The translations under genes were made by a program, and so were the position numbers. From Macrostomum lignano (taxonomy: Eukaryota), in the NCBI GenBank assembly GCA_002269645.1, contig NIVC01001785.1, forward strand, positions 1 through 64,000: a stretch of 64,000 bases of DNA, read 5' to 3'. Below are positions 13,749 to 25,608 of this stretch, in pieces. Position 1 is the first letter of the stretch, and the number at the start of each line of letters is the position of its first letter. The notes below the pieces were generated by a model. It did no database searches, was not told where the DNA came from, and was given only the letters and a program-made list of their open reading frames with translations.

Positions 13749-14086
13749 CATACATCCCAACACCCATCCGACCTATCCAAACTAGATGGGTGAAATGGCC
13801 ATTGGCAAAGGTAAGTTGCAAAATTTAAAATGCGAAAAACAAAAAAATTAGGGGAAGAAAGAAAGGAGAGGATGAGAAAAGGAAAATAAAGGAGGGAGAA
13901 GAGAGAGGGGAAAGAGAAAAGAGAAAGAAACAGAAGAAAAGAGAAAAAGGCAAGAAAAGTCATATACAAAGTGAAAATTAAGTCCTAATTAGGGGAAGTA
14001 AGTCGCAATCGAGAGGAACTTAGTTGCAAATCTGGACAAAACTAAGTTGCACCAGATGGGTGAAATTTTGAGGTTAAACATGTATG
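13749..14086. mobile_element. hAT-like MITE, divergent relative
   Basis: Ends CATACATCCCAAC / GTTAAACATGTATG; 8-bp TSD ATTAGTGA on both sides; shares TAAGTCGCA/CTAAGTTGCA subterminal motifs with the other two copies; purine-rich interior. Confidence 0.75.
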
Positions 14087-14408
14087 ATTAGTGATCATTT
14101 TATTTTTAATTAGAAGTTTTTCCAATAATTGACTTGACCCAATCTTGTTCTATGAAAACTTGGGCTTTGGGTTATGTACCTTGAACACCCCTTAATATAT
14201 TTTATATACTTGACAAACAAGTTCCAGGTCAGGGTTCTGTGGAATAGACATTTTAGTTTGCCTTCTCATTGCCTATAAATTTGACTGATTACTATGAATT
14301 AAGCAAGTATTTAGTGTGGCCTAATATTTCCTTTTGCAACTCTCTGCTTCAGCTGATTGTGCTGCCAATCAATTTGCAGTTCTCCACAGGCCAAAAACAT
14401 CAATCCCA

Positions 14409-17400
14409 ATGTGGTCCCTGTTTTCTAAAGACCCAGCAACCAGTTTCCCCTATGAGGCTGGCGAAGTTGTTGAACGCGTTGGAGACTGGGCGCTGCATCG
14501 CTGTCGCAAGAAAGGCTCTGACAATTGGGATCAGTTCTCACTATTCGCTTTTGATTGTCGGGCTGCCGCTGCCGACCCAGCCGCCATTGCTAGGGCCAAG
14601 TCTTGCGCCAAGCACAGCAAGACCCTGCGCCATCCCTGCGTGCTAACCTATGCAGATGGCCTGGACACTGACAAGGTGCTGTATGTGGTCACAGAGCGCG
14701 TCTGGCCTCTGTTTGAGTACCTGCGAACTAAAGCAGATTCTACTAGTTTCACTCTGCTTGCCTCGTGGGGCATCTCACAGGTTAGTTCTAATGCTAGTTA
14801 AGCCTATAAATTTCAGCATTGACGGTTTGAAGCTGTGGTTTCACAGGTTCATTAGCTTTGATTTAAGCAAATTTGCACTGTTCAAGCTGGGCACAGATAC
14901 TAAAATAACTAGATGGGCCAATTAGGCATATACTTAGTAAAACAGCTTTCTACTTTCAATTCAGTAGCAAAGAAGAATACATAAGCTATTTCATAAACAA
15001 AAGGCAGCTGAAATTACGAGTACTTTGATATAAGTTTAGAAGCCAAAGCTTGCAGGCGTAAACAACTTGCTAATTGGTTCAGCTGAATGGTAGTGTGGAA
15101 AGGCGCGGTTGGAGGGTTTAAGCTGGGGGTAAGAGCCAATAAATGAGTCTCAGCTTTAAAAGTACATGTTTCTGTTTAGCTTACTACTGAAGTGAAAGTA
15201 GCTTACACGCAAATGTGCTGAGTGGCTCATCTAGTTATTCTAGTGGCAAACTCCGGCCCGCCCAATGTTTTTCTCTTCTCATCTCTCCCTCTCCATTCTC
15301 ATCTATCTTATCTCTCCTATCCTCTCTCATTTCTCCTCTCTTATTTCTTTATCTGGCCCTTGAAGTAAAAGAAGTTTTTCAACCACTGCACTAAAGACTA
15401 GCAGACAGGAACGAAACCCAACCAAAATTACAGCAGCTCCTTTGTATTTATTAATGTAAATCTAATTAATCTGTGTATTATAACAAATAATAACAAAGGT
15501 CGCCAAAGGCCTGGCCTTCCTCAACCGCGACTGCCGCCTGCTCCACGGTCGCGTCCGTGCAGCCTCCGTGTTTGTCAATAGCGCCGGCGAATGGAAACTG
15601 TGGGCCTTTCAGCACACCGCGCCGCTGGAGAATCCGTCTGGCGCGGTGGCTTCGGCTGGTGTTGAACTGCCTGACATTTACCTGCCTGGCGATGCGGACA
15701 GGCTGGTTAAGGCTGCCGACCGGGAGACCATCGACTCCTGGGGACTGGGCTGCTTCGTCTGGGAGGTTGGTTGCTTCATCTGTATTGGTGTATGCAAACT
15801 TGACTGGGGGTTCTGCCTGTTTCTCCTGTTTTGGGGATTCTTGTTGTAACAACAGATTCTTGTTATTGTGATGGGTGAGATTTTAGATAGATTCTTGTTA
15901 TTGTGATGGGTGAGATTTTGAATGGATTCTTGTTATTGTGTAATGGGTGAGATTTTGAATGGATTCTTGTTATTGTGATGGGTGAGATTTTGAATGGATT
16001 CTTGTTACTGTGTAATGGGTGAGATTTTGAATGGATTCTTGTTATTGTGATGGGTGAGATTTTGAATGGATTCTTGTTACTGTGTAATGGGTGAGATTTT
16101 TGAATAGATTCTTGTTACTGTGTAATGGGTGAGATTTTGAATGGATTCTTGTTATTGTGATGGGTGAGATTTTGAATGGATTCTTGTTACTGTGTAATGG
16201 GTGAGATTTTGAATGGATTCTTGTTATTGTGTAATGGGTGAGATTTTGAATGGATTCTTGTTATTGTGTAATGGGTGAGATTTTGAATGGATTCTTGTTA
16301 TTGTGTAATGGGTGAGATTTTGAATGGATTCTTGTTATTGTGATGGGTGAGATTTTGAATAGATTTCATCGTAATTTTCATACCGTTTGTGGGAGAAAAG
16401 TGGGTTTTAGCCTAGCGGTCAGAGCGTCGGACTCACGACTTGAACGTCGGGGGTTCGATTCCCGATCCCACATGAACAATTTGTGTCCTTGAGCAAGACA
16501 CTTAACTCTGCACTGCTTCAGTTCACTCAGCATTAGCTGGGGTAATTGGGGGTCCAGTCCTTGGACTGAACAGCCGTACGCAGCCCTCAGATGCGCTCCA
16601 TTGGGGCAGGTGTAATCAACTATTTTTTTATTATTATTATTACTATTGTAGGAAAATGAAATGATTTCTCCAATTACTCAACCTGTCAACAGGTGTTCAA
16701 CAGGCCGCTGACCTCGCGCCAGGATCTGCGCCAGCTGGGCCACGTGCCGCAGGCGCTGCAGCCGGCTTACGCCGAGCTCATCCGCGACCGGGCGGCCCAG
16801 CGCTGCCCTGCGGCAGACTTTCTGCAGCGCTGCTCCAAGCCCGGCGGGTTTTTCGATAATCCTTACACCAGGGCGCTGCTGCAGCTGGAGCAGCTGCACG
16901 TGCTGGCTGCGGAGGAGAAATCTCAGTTTCTTGGCCAGCTGGCGGAGCAGGTGAGATGCCCAGATTCTCTGGCTGACCCTGCTTTGCTGTTTTTATCGAC
17001 TCTAGATTAACAGTATCACCTACCCAGGTCCTAGCATGCACCCCTACCATTCCAGATCTGCCCCTACCATCCCAGATCCGCCCCTATCATTTCAGATCTG
17101 CCCCTATCATTCCAGATCTGCCCCTACCATCCTAGATCCGCCCCTATCATTTCAGATCCGCCCCTACCATTCCAGATCTTCCCCTACCATCCCAGATCTG
17201 CACCTACCATCCCAGATCCACCCCTACCATCCCAGATCCGCCCCTATCATTCCAGATCCGCCCCTATCATTCTTGATCCGCCCCTACCATTCCAGATCTT
17301 CCTCTACCATTCCAGATCTGCACCTACCATCCCAGATCCGCCCCTATCATCCCAGATCCGCCCCTACCATCCCAGATCCGCCCCTATCATCCCAGATCCG

Positions 17401-20400
17401 CCCTATCATTCCAGATCCGCCCCTACCATTCCAGATCTGCACCTACCATCCCAGATCCGCCCCTACCATCCCAGATTTGCCCCTATCATCCCAGATCCGC
17501 CCCTATCATTCCAGATCTGCCCCTACCATCCCAGATGCGCCCCTACCATCCCAGATCCGCCCTACCATCCCAGATATGCCCCTACCATCCCAGATTCGCC
17601 CCTACCATCTCAGATCCGCCCTACCATCCCAGATGCGCCCCTACCATCCCAGATCCGCCCCTACCAATCTCAGATCCGCCCCTACCATCCCAGATGCGCC
17701 CCTACCATCTCAGATCCGCCCCTATCATCCCAGATCCGCCCCTACCATCCCAGATCCGCCCCTACCATCTCAGATCCGCTCCTATCATCCCAGATCCGCC
17801 CCTACCAATCTCAGATCCGCCCCTACCATCCCAGATCCGCCCCTATCATCCCAGATCCGCCCCTACCATCCCAGATGCGCCCCTACCATCCCAGATCCGC
17901 CCCTACTAAATAAGGCAAGCTCACTCCCAATCGCAGCTGTCCAACTTCCCAGACGACGTGGCCAAGCACAAGGTGCTGCCCCAGCTAGTCAATATTCTTC
18001 AATACGGCGGCGGCGGCTCGGAAGTTCTGCTGCCTCTGCTGCACCTATCCCGCCTGTGCGACAAATCGGAGTTCGAGGGCCGCATCGTGCCCTGCCTGAT
18101 TCGCCTGTTCTCCCTGCCCGAACGGGTCGCCCGAGTCCGCCTGCTTGAGCAGTTGCCGTCCTACATTGGCCACCTGCCCGACCGGGTGGTGAACGAGCAG
18201 ATTCTGCAGCCGTTCTGCCAGGGATTCCACGACACCAGCCCAGTTGTTCGGGAGCACACTATCAGAGCCGCCGTTCACCTGGCCGAGAAGCTCAACGCTA
18301 AGAATCTCAACGAGGAATTGCCCAAGCATTTGACAAGGCTGCAGGTGAGCTTCTTTTGCAGTTTAGCGGCTCTTTTTTAGCTTTTCGTGTCATTAGGGAG
18401 TGTTCTTGCCATTCAAATTGCTTTCATTTCACCTTTCATTAAAAACCTTTAAATGCGTGTCTTCACCCTTCATCATCAGAGGCCTTACAAATGCCTGTCT
18501 TCACCCTTCATCATCAGAGGCCTTACAAATGCCTGTCTTCACCCTTCATCAGCAAAGGCCTTACAAATGCCTGTCTTCACCCTTCATCATCAGAGGCCTT
18601 ACAAATGCCTGTCTTCACCCTTCATCATCAAAGGCCTTACAAATGCCTGTCTTCACCCTTCATCATCAGAGGCCTTACAAATGCCTGTCTTCACCCTTCA
18701 TCATCAGAGGCCTTACAAATGCCTGTCTTCACCCTTCATCATCAGAGGCCTTACAAATGCCTGTCTTCACCCTTCATCAGCAAAGGCATTACAAATGCCT
18801 GTCTTCACCCTTCATCATCAGAGGCCTTACAAATGCCTGTCTTCACCCTTCATCATCAGAGGCCTTACAAATGCTTGTCTTCACCCTTCATCATCAGAGG
18901 CCTTACAAATGCCTGTCTTCACCCTTCATCAGCAAAGGCCTTACAAATGCCTGTCTTCACCCTTCATCATCAGAGGCCTTACAAATGCCTGTCTTCACCC
19001 TTCATCATCAGAGGCCTTACAAATGCCTGTCTTCACCCTTCATCATCAGAGGCCTTACAAATGCCTGTCTTCACCCTTCATCATCAGAGGCCTTACAAAT
19101 GCCTGTCTTCACCCTTCATCAGCAAAGGCCTTACAAATGCCTGTCTTCACCCTTCATCATCAGAGGCCTTACAAATGCCTGTCTTCACCCTTCATCATCA
19201 GAGGCCTTACAAATGCCTGTCTTCACCCTTCATCATCAGAGGCCTTACAAATGCCTGTCTTCACCCTTCATCAGCAAAGGCCTTACAAATGCCTGTCTTC
19301 ACCCTTCATCATCAGAGGCCTTACAAATGCCTGTCTTCACCCTTCATCATCAGAGGCCTTACAAATGCCTGTCTTCACCCTTCATCATCAAAGGCCTTAC
19401 AAATGCCTGTCTTCACCCTTCATCATCAGAGGCCTTACAAATGCTTGTCTTCACCCTTCATCATCAGAGGCCTTACAAATGCCTGTCTTCACCCTTCATC
19501 ATCAAAAGCCTTACAAATGCCTGTCTTCACCCTTCATCATCAAAGGCCCTCAAATGCCTGTCTTCACCCTTCATCATCAAAGGCCCTCAAATGCCTGTCT
19601 TCACCCTTCATCATCAAAGGTCCTCAAATGGCTGACTTCACCCTTCATCATCAAAGGCCCTCAAATGCCTGTCTTCACCCTTCATCATCAAAGGCCTTAC
19701 AAATGCCTGTCTTCACCCTTCATCATCAGAGGCCTTACAAATGCTTGTCTTCACCCTTCATCATCAGAGGCCTTACAAATGCCTGTCTTCACCCTTCATC
19801 AGCAAAGGCCTTACAAATGCCTGTCTTCACCCTTCATCATCAGAGGCCTTACAAATGCTTGTCTTCACCCTTCATCATCAGAGGCCTTACAAATGCCTGT
19901 CCTCACCCTTCATCATCAAAGGCCCTCAAATGCCTGTCTTCACCCTTCATCATCAAAGGTCCTCAAATGGCTGACTTCACCCTTCATCATCAAAGGTCCT
20001 CAAATGGCTGACTTCACCCTTCATCATCAAAGGCCCTCAAATGCCTGTCCTCACCCTTCATCATCAGAGGCCTTACAAATGCCTGTCTTCACCCTTCATC
20101 ATCAGAGGCCTTACAAATGCCTGTCCTCACCCTTCATCATCAGAGGCCTTACAAATGCCTGTCTTCACCCTTCATCATCAGAGGCCTTAAAAATGCCTGT
20201 CTTCACCCTTCATCATCAGAGGCCTTACAAATGCCTGTCTTCACCCTTCATCATCAGAGGCCTTACAAATGCCTGTCTTCACCCTTCATCATCAGAGGCC
20301 TTACAAATGCCTGTCTTCACCCTTCATCATCAGAGGCCTTACAAATGCCTGTATTCACCCTTCATCATCAGAGGCCTTACAAATGCCTGTCTTCACCCTT

Positions 20401-21544
20401 CATCATCAGAGGCCTTACAAATGCCGTCTCCCCTGCAAATCAGGTCAAAGACGAGCAGGGCGGCGTGCGCGCCAACGCCACCGTGTGCTTGGGCAAGCTG
20501 GCCGGCCACATGGCCCCGGCAACCAGACAGGGCCCCCTGCTGGCCCAGTTCCTCAAATGCCTGCGCGACCCGTTCCCGCCGGCGAGACAGGCCGCCCTGC
20601 TAGCCTGCGCGTCTACCCTGTCATTCTACACACTGCGGGACACCGCCTGCCGCCTGCTGCCGGCCCTCTGCCCGCTGACACTGGACCCGAGCAAAGAGGT
20701 TCGCGAGCACGCATTCCAAGCTATTAACGCCTGTCTGCAACGCCTGCGCAAAGCGTCGGACAGTCCAGAGGAGGCAGCGGATCTCGAGAGTCAAGTGGCC
20801 GCCACTAGAGGCGCGGATTCCACTAGCAAGTCTTGGGCCAACTGGGCCGTGTCCGCTCTGTCAGCCAAGTTCTACAAGACCGCCCCGTCTGCGTCTGCTG
20901 CCGCCCCCGCTGCCGCTGTACCATCCGCTTCGGCACCTACTCCGGCATCTGCTACTGCCGAGCCTACTAACAGCAGTAGTATCAGCAAGCCATTGCCGCC
21001 TGTCGCTAATACAGCTTCCGCTGCCGCTGCTGCCAATGCGTCGGCAGTTGCGCCAGCCACCACCGACTGGAACGACGCCTGGAGCGACGCTGACGATGAC
21101 GGTGATTGGGGCAGCATCGAGGAGGCTGGATCGTCGGCGATGGAGAAGCAATCGGCATCAGGGTTGGCTCCGAGCTCTTCCTCCTCCGCTGCTGCCAGCG
21201 CCTGGGACACCAACTGGGGCGACGAGGAGGACGACACCCAGAAGGAGCCGATCCAGTCGGCGGTGGAGCCGCCGCCAATTCGTGCGGCATTGTCGTCGGC
21301 TGCAAAATCCGGCGGCGGTGGACTCAAGCTTACTGGCGCTAAAAAGTTGGCGCCGAAATTGGCGCCTAGCGCCGGTAGCAATCTGGACGCCATCCTATCT
21401 GAAGAGATGGCCAGGCAACAGCTGGCACCGCAAAAGCAGCAGCAGCAGCAGCAACAGCCGATCCGAAATCCACAGAAGGAACAGAAGCACAGAAGGCAGC
21501 AGAAGAAACCAAGTGACGATGAGGATGATTGGGGAGCCTGGTAA
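14409..21544 (+). CDS. SCYL1: SCY1-like protein 1 (N-terminal pseudokinase, HEAT repeats, disordered tail), ~801 aa; join(14409..14780,15499..15765,16693..16950,17937..18344,20444..21544)
   Basis: All four introns are GT-AG, phase 0. Motifs MWSLFSKDP, KTLRHPCVLTY, LYVVTERVWPL, VFVNSAGEWKL, SWGLGCFVWEVFN, HKVLPQL, KDEQGGVRANATVCLGK, RDPFPPARQA and LTLDPSKEVREHAF match the SCYL1 family. Confidence 0.93.
15855..16362. repeat. Minisatellite, 35-37-bp unit GGATTCTTGTTATTGTG(TA)ATGGGTGAGATTTTGAAT, in SCYL1 intron 2
   Basis: About 14 tandem copies. Confidence 0.95.
16399..16645 (+). mobile_element. tRNA-derived SINE with CORE/V-like central motif, in SCYL1 intron 2
   Basis: A-box-like TAGCCTAGCGG, B-box GGTTCGATTCCC, then TTGTGTCCTTGAGCAAGACACTTAAC and a 3' (TTA)n tail. 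Boundaries approximate; no TSD found. Confidence 0.7.
17040..17905. repeat. C-rich minisatellite, 20-bp unit CCCCTACCATCCCAGATCCG, in SCYL1 intron 3
   Basis: About 43 copies. Confidence 0.95.
18445..20424. repeat. Minisatellite, 38-bp unit CCTTACAAATGCCTGTCTTCACCCTTCATCATCAGAGG, in SCYL1 intron 4
   Basis: About 52 copies; source of the spurious 400-716-aa ORFs. Confidence 0.97.
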
Positions 21545-21807
21545 TGCTGGAAGCTGGTAGATGAATATGTGGGTAGGTAGTCAGACCAGTAGGCTGGTAG
21601 ATGAATATGTGGGTAGGTAGTTAGACCAGTAGGCTGGTAGATTAGTAGTATCAGTAGTAGTATAGTAGTATTAGTCATTAGAAGTATGTTGGTGGAAGAA
21701 GTATTAGTAGAATACCAGCAATCTACGCCCCCCGTTGGGGAGCAAACAAAGAATGTAATATTTTTTTAGATAAACTACACGTAGCTTCTAACCTCAGCCT
21801 TGGTATC

Positions 21808-21930
21808 TTAGCAATTCCCCCCAAGCCTTTATATCTCAGCAATTCCCCCAAGCCTTTATATCTCAGCAATTCCCCCAAGCCTTTATATCTTAGCAATTCC
21901 CCCAAGCCTTTATATCTCAGCAATTCCCCC
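21808..21930. repeat. Minisatellite, 27-bp unit GCAATTCCCCCAAGCCTTTATATCTCA (~4.5 copies), SCYL1 3' region
   Basis: Direct tandem copies. Confidence 0.9.
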
Positions 21931-22484
21931 CACGCAGCAGGCTCTGTACATTTGCATAATATCGGCACTCGCTCGTTATCATCATTTAATTGGTGTTCAG
22001 AGGCATAAATTCATTTTATCATGCTCATTACTTTGTCTAATCTAAATGATCTACTTTTTGTGCTAAAAAAAGCCAGTTGCCAAAAGATGAAAATAGATAG
22101 AAGACAAATCCTACTGCCTACTCGCGAGTAGTGTAGTGAAAATACGAGTATAATTTTGCAAATCTGTTATTCTGCTTTGTCGGTTAAACACTTGATTGCT
22201 TCCTTGTTTTGCCTTCTTCATATTATCCTGATTAATATTGATTGCAATTGCATTCAGACTGCCTCTTAAATGTTATGAGCGTATTCTTATTTCCTCTGAT
22301 TTAGCTGTTTGCAATAAAAATAATAAAAAATAAGGTATATGTAATCGTAAAAATATTTCACTGCTTCTTTTGCAACCGAGGCTAACTTTTGCTTGTAAAC
22401 TAATATCTGACATTTGGTCTTTTTATTCTATTTATTTCTAGTACGTTGGAATTTATCTAATCATCATGCTTCTAAAAACATTCA

Positions 22485-22720
22485 GTTGCTAGGTCAGCCT
22501 TTCAGATCTTCAGTTGCTGGGTCAGCCTCCCAGATCCTAAGTTGCTGGTCCACCGCCAGCCTCCCAGATCCTCAGTTGCTGGTCCACCGCCAGCCTCCCA
22601 GATCCTCAGTTGCTGGGCCAGCCTCCCAGATCCTCAGTTGCTGGACCAGCCTTTCAGATCCTCAGTTGCTGGACCAGCCTTTCAGATGCTCAGTTGCTGG
22701 GCCAGCCTCCCAGATCCTCA
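22485..22720. repeat. Minisatellite, 27-30-bp unit CCAGCCTCCCAGATCCTCAGTTGCTGG
   Basis: About 8 copies. Confidence 0.9.
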
Positions 22721-23164
22721 GACAAAGCCGTTACTCCCTGTCCTAAGCCCTCCCTTCTGATTCTTGAGCGTCTGTACTGTTGAAAGACGCTTCGAAAGTG
22801 CAAGACGCTTTAAATCTTCTTGTTACAGCACAGGTGCGAGCTAAAATGAAATTTGAGAATCAATAAAAATCCAAGGAAGAATACGTTTAAAAACAAACTT
22901 GGAGGCAGTCAATTCTGCGAATGAAAAACCTTTCTTTTACAATTTTATTGAGTTATATAGTAAATCAGATAAAATAGTTTTCTTAGCGACCGAGGGAAAA
23001 AATTTGAGCAGCAGTTAATTGAATCTGCGATAATTGAGAAATCAATTCAAATCAAAGCTAGAAAACCAGCGTGTAAGATACTCGCAAATTAATAGGAAGT
23101 TGGGGGGGTACATGTGTACGTGTGTTTTGGAGTTTCTGAGGTGGAGACGGACAGCTATTTGAAG

Positions 23165-25608
23165 GATTTGGGGGTATTTTAACGAGTTAGGGTATTTTTG
23201 AGGAGATAAGGTACTTGGAGAAAGCTGGGGTATTTTTGAGGAGATAAGGTACTTGGAGAAAGCTGGGGTATTTTTGAGGAGATAAGGTACTTGGAGAAAG
23301 CTGGGGTATTTTGAGGAGATAAGGTACTTGGAGAAAGCTGGGGTATTTTTGAGGAGATAAGGTACTTGGAGAAAGCTGGGGTATTTTGGGGAGATAAGTT
23401 ACTTGGAGAAAGCTGGGGTATTTTGAGGAGATAAGGTACTTGGAGAAAGCTGGGGTATTTTGAGGAGATAAGGTACTTGGAGAAAGCTGGGGTATTTTTG
23501 AGGAGATAAGGTACTTGGAGAAAGCTGGGGTATTTTTGAGGAGATAAGGTACTTGGAGAAAGCTGGGGTATTTTTGAGGAGATAAGGTACTTGGAGAAAG
23601 CTGGGGTATTTTTGAGGAGATAAGGTACTTGGAGAAAGCTGGGGTATTTTTGAGGAGATAAGGTACTTGGAGAAAGCTGGGGTATTTTTGAGAAGATAAG
23701 GTACTTGGAGAAAGCTGGGGTATTTTTGAGGAGATAAGGTACTTGGAGAAAGCTGGGGTATTTTTGAGGAGATAAGGTACTTGGAGAAAGCTGGGGTATT
23801 TTGAGGAGATAAGGTACTTGGAGAAAGCTGGGGTATTTTTGAGGAGATAAGGTACTTGGAGAAAGCTGGGGTATTTTGAGGAGATAAGGTACTTGGAGAA
23901 AGCTGGGGTATTTTTGAGGAGATAAGGTACTTGGAGAAAGCTGGGGTATTTTGAGGAGATAAGGTACTTGGAGAAAGCTGGGGTATTTTGAGGAGATAAG
24001 GTACTTGGAGAAAGCTGGGGTATTTTGAGGAGATAAGGTACTTGGAGAAAGCTGGGGTATTTTGAGGAGATAAGGTACTTGGAGAAAGCTGGGGTATTTT
24101 TGAGGAGATAAGGTACTTGGAGAAAGCTGGGGTATTTTGAGGAGATAAGGTACTTGGAGAAAGCTGGGGTATTTTTGAGGAGATAAGGTACTTGGAGAAA
24201 GCTGGGGTATTTTTGAGGAGATAAGGTACTTGGAGAAAGCTGGGGTATTTTTGAGGAGATAAGGTACTTGGAGAAAGCTGGGGTATTTTTGAGGAGATAA
24301 GGTACTTGGAGAAAGCTGGGGTATTTTTGAGGAGATAAGGTACTTGGAGAAAGCTGGGGTATTTTTGAGGAGATAAGGTACTTGGAGAAAGCTGGGGTAT
24401 TTTTGAGAAGATAAGGTACTTGGAGAAAGCTGGGGTATTTTTGAGGAGATAAGGTACTTGGAGAAAGCTGGGGTATTTTTGAGGAGATAAGGTACTTGGA
24501 GAAAGCTGGGGTATTTTTGAGGAGATAAGGTACTTGGAGAAAGCTGGGGTATTTTTGAGGAGATAAGGTACTTGGAGAAAGCTGGGGTATTTTGAGGAGA
24601 TAAGGTACTTGGAGAAAGCTGGGGTATTTTTGAGGAGATAAGGTACTTGGAGAAAGCTGGGGTATTTTTGAGGAGATAAGGTACTTGGAGAAAGCTGGGG
24701 TATTTTTGAGGAGATAAGGTACTTGGAGAAAGCTGGGGTATTTTTGAGGAGATAAGGTACTTGGAGAAAGCTGGGGTATTTTGAGGAGATAAGGTACTTG
24801 GAGAAAGCTGGGGTATTTTTGAGGAGATAAGGTACTTGGAGAAAGCTGGGGTATTTTGAGGAGATAAGGTACTTGGAGAAAGCTGGGGTATTTTTGAGGA
24901 GATAAGGTACTTGGAGAAAGCTGGGGTATTTTGAGGAGATAAGGTACTTGGAGAAAGCTGGGGTATTTTTGAGGAGATAAGGTACTTGGAGAAAGCTGGG
25001 GTATTTTGAGGAGATAAGGTACTTGGAGAAAGCTGGGGTATTTTTGAGGAGATAAGGTACTTGGAGAAAGCTGGGGTATTTTTGAGGAGATAAGGTACTT
25101 GGAGAAAGCTGGGGTATTTTTGAGAAGATAAGGTACTTGGAGAAAGCTGGGGTATTTTTGAGGAGATAAGGTACTTGGAGAAAGCTGGGGTATTTTTGAG
25201 GAGATAAGGTACTTGGAGAAAGCTGGGGTATTTTGAGGAGATAAGGTACTTGGAGAAAGCTGGGGTATTTTTGAGGAGATAAGGTACTTGGAGAAAGCTG
25301 GGGTATTTTGAGGAGATAAGGTACTTGGAGAAAGCTGGGGTATTTTTGAGGAGATAAGGTACTTGGAGAAAGCTGGGGTATTTTGAGGAGATAAGGTACT
25401 TGGAGAAAGCTGGGGTATTTTTGAGGAGATAAGGTACTTGGAGAAAGCTGGGGTATTTTTGAGGAAATAAGGTACTTGGAGAAAGCTGGGGTATTTTGAG
25501 GAGATAAGGTACTTGGAGAAAGCTGGGGTATTTTGAGGAGATAAGGTACTTGGAGAAAGCTGGGGTATTTTTGAGGAGATAAGGTACTTGGAGAAAGCTG
25601 GGGCATTT
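23165..25608. repeat. Minisatellite, 37/38-bp unit TTTT(T)GAGGAGATAAGGTACTTGGAGAAAGCTGGGGTA
   Basis: About 64 near-identical copies; source of the spurious ~800-aa minus-strand ORFs. Confidence 0.97.

Noticed and set aside
18400-20603. 400-716-aa ORFs (MPVFTLHHQRPYKCLSSPFIIRGLTNACLHPSSSEALQ repeats)
   Set aside because: All three frames are open only because the 38-bp unit lacks stops. The array lies inside SCYL1 intron 4, and intron retention would stop at 18378-18380 before reaching it.
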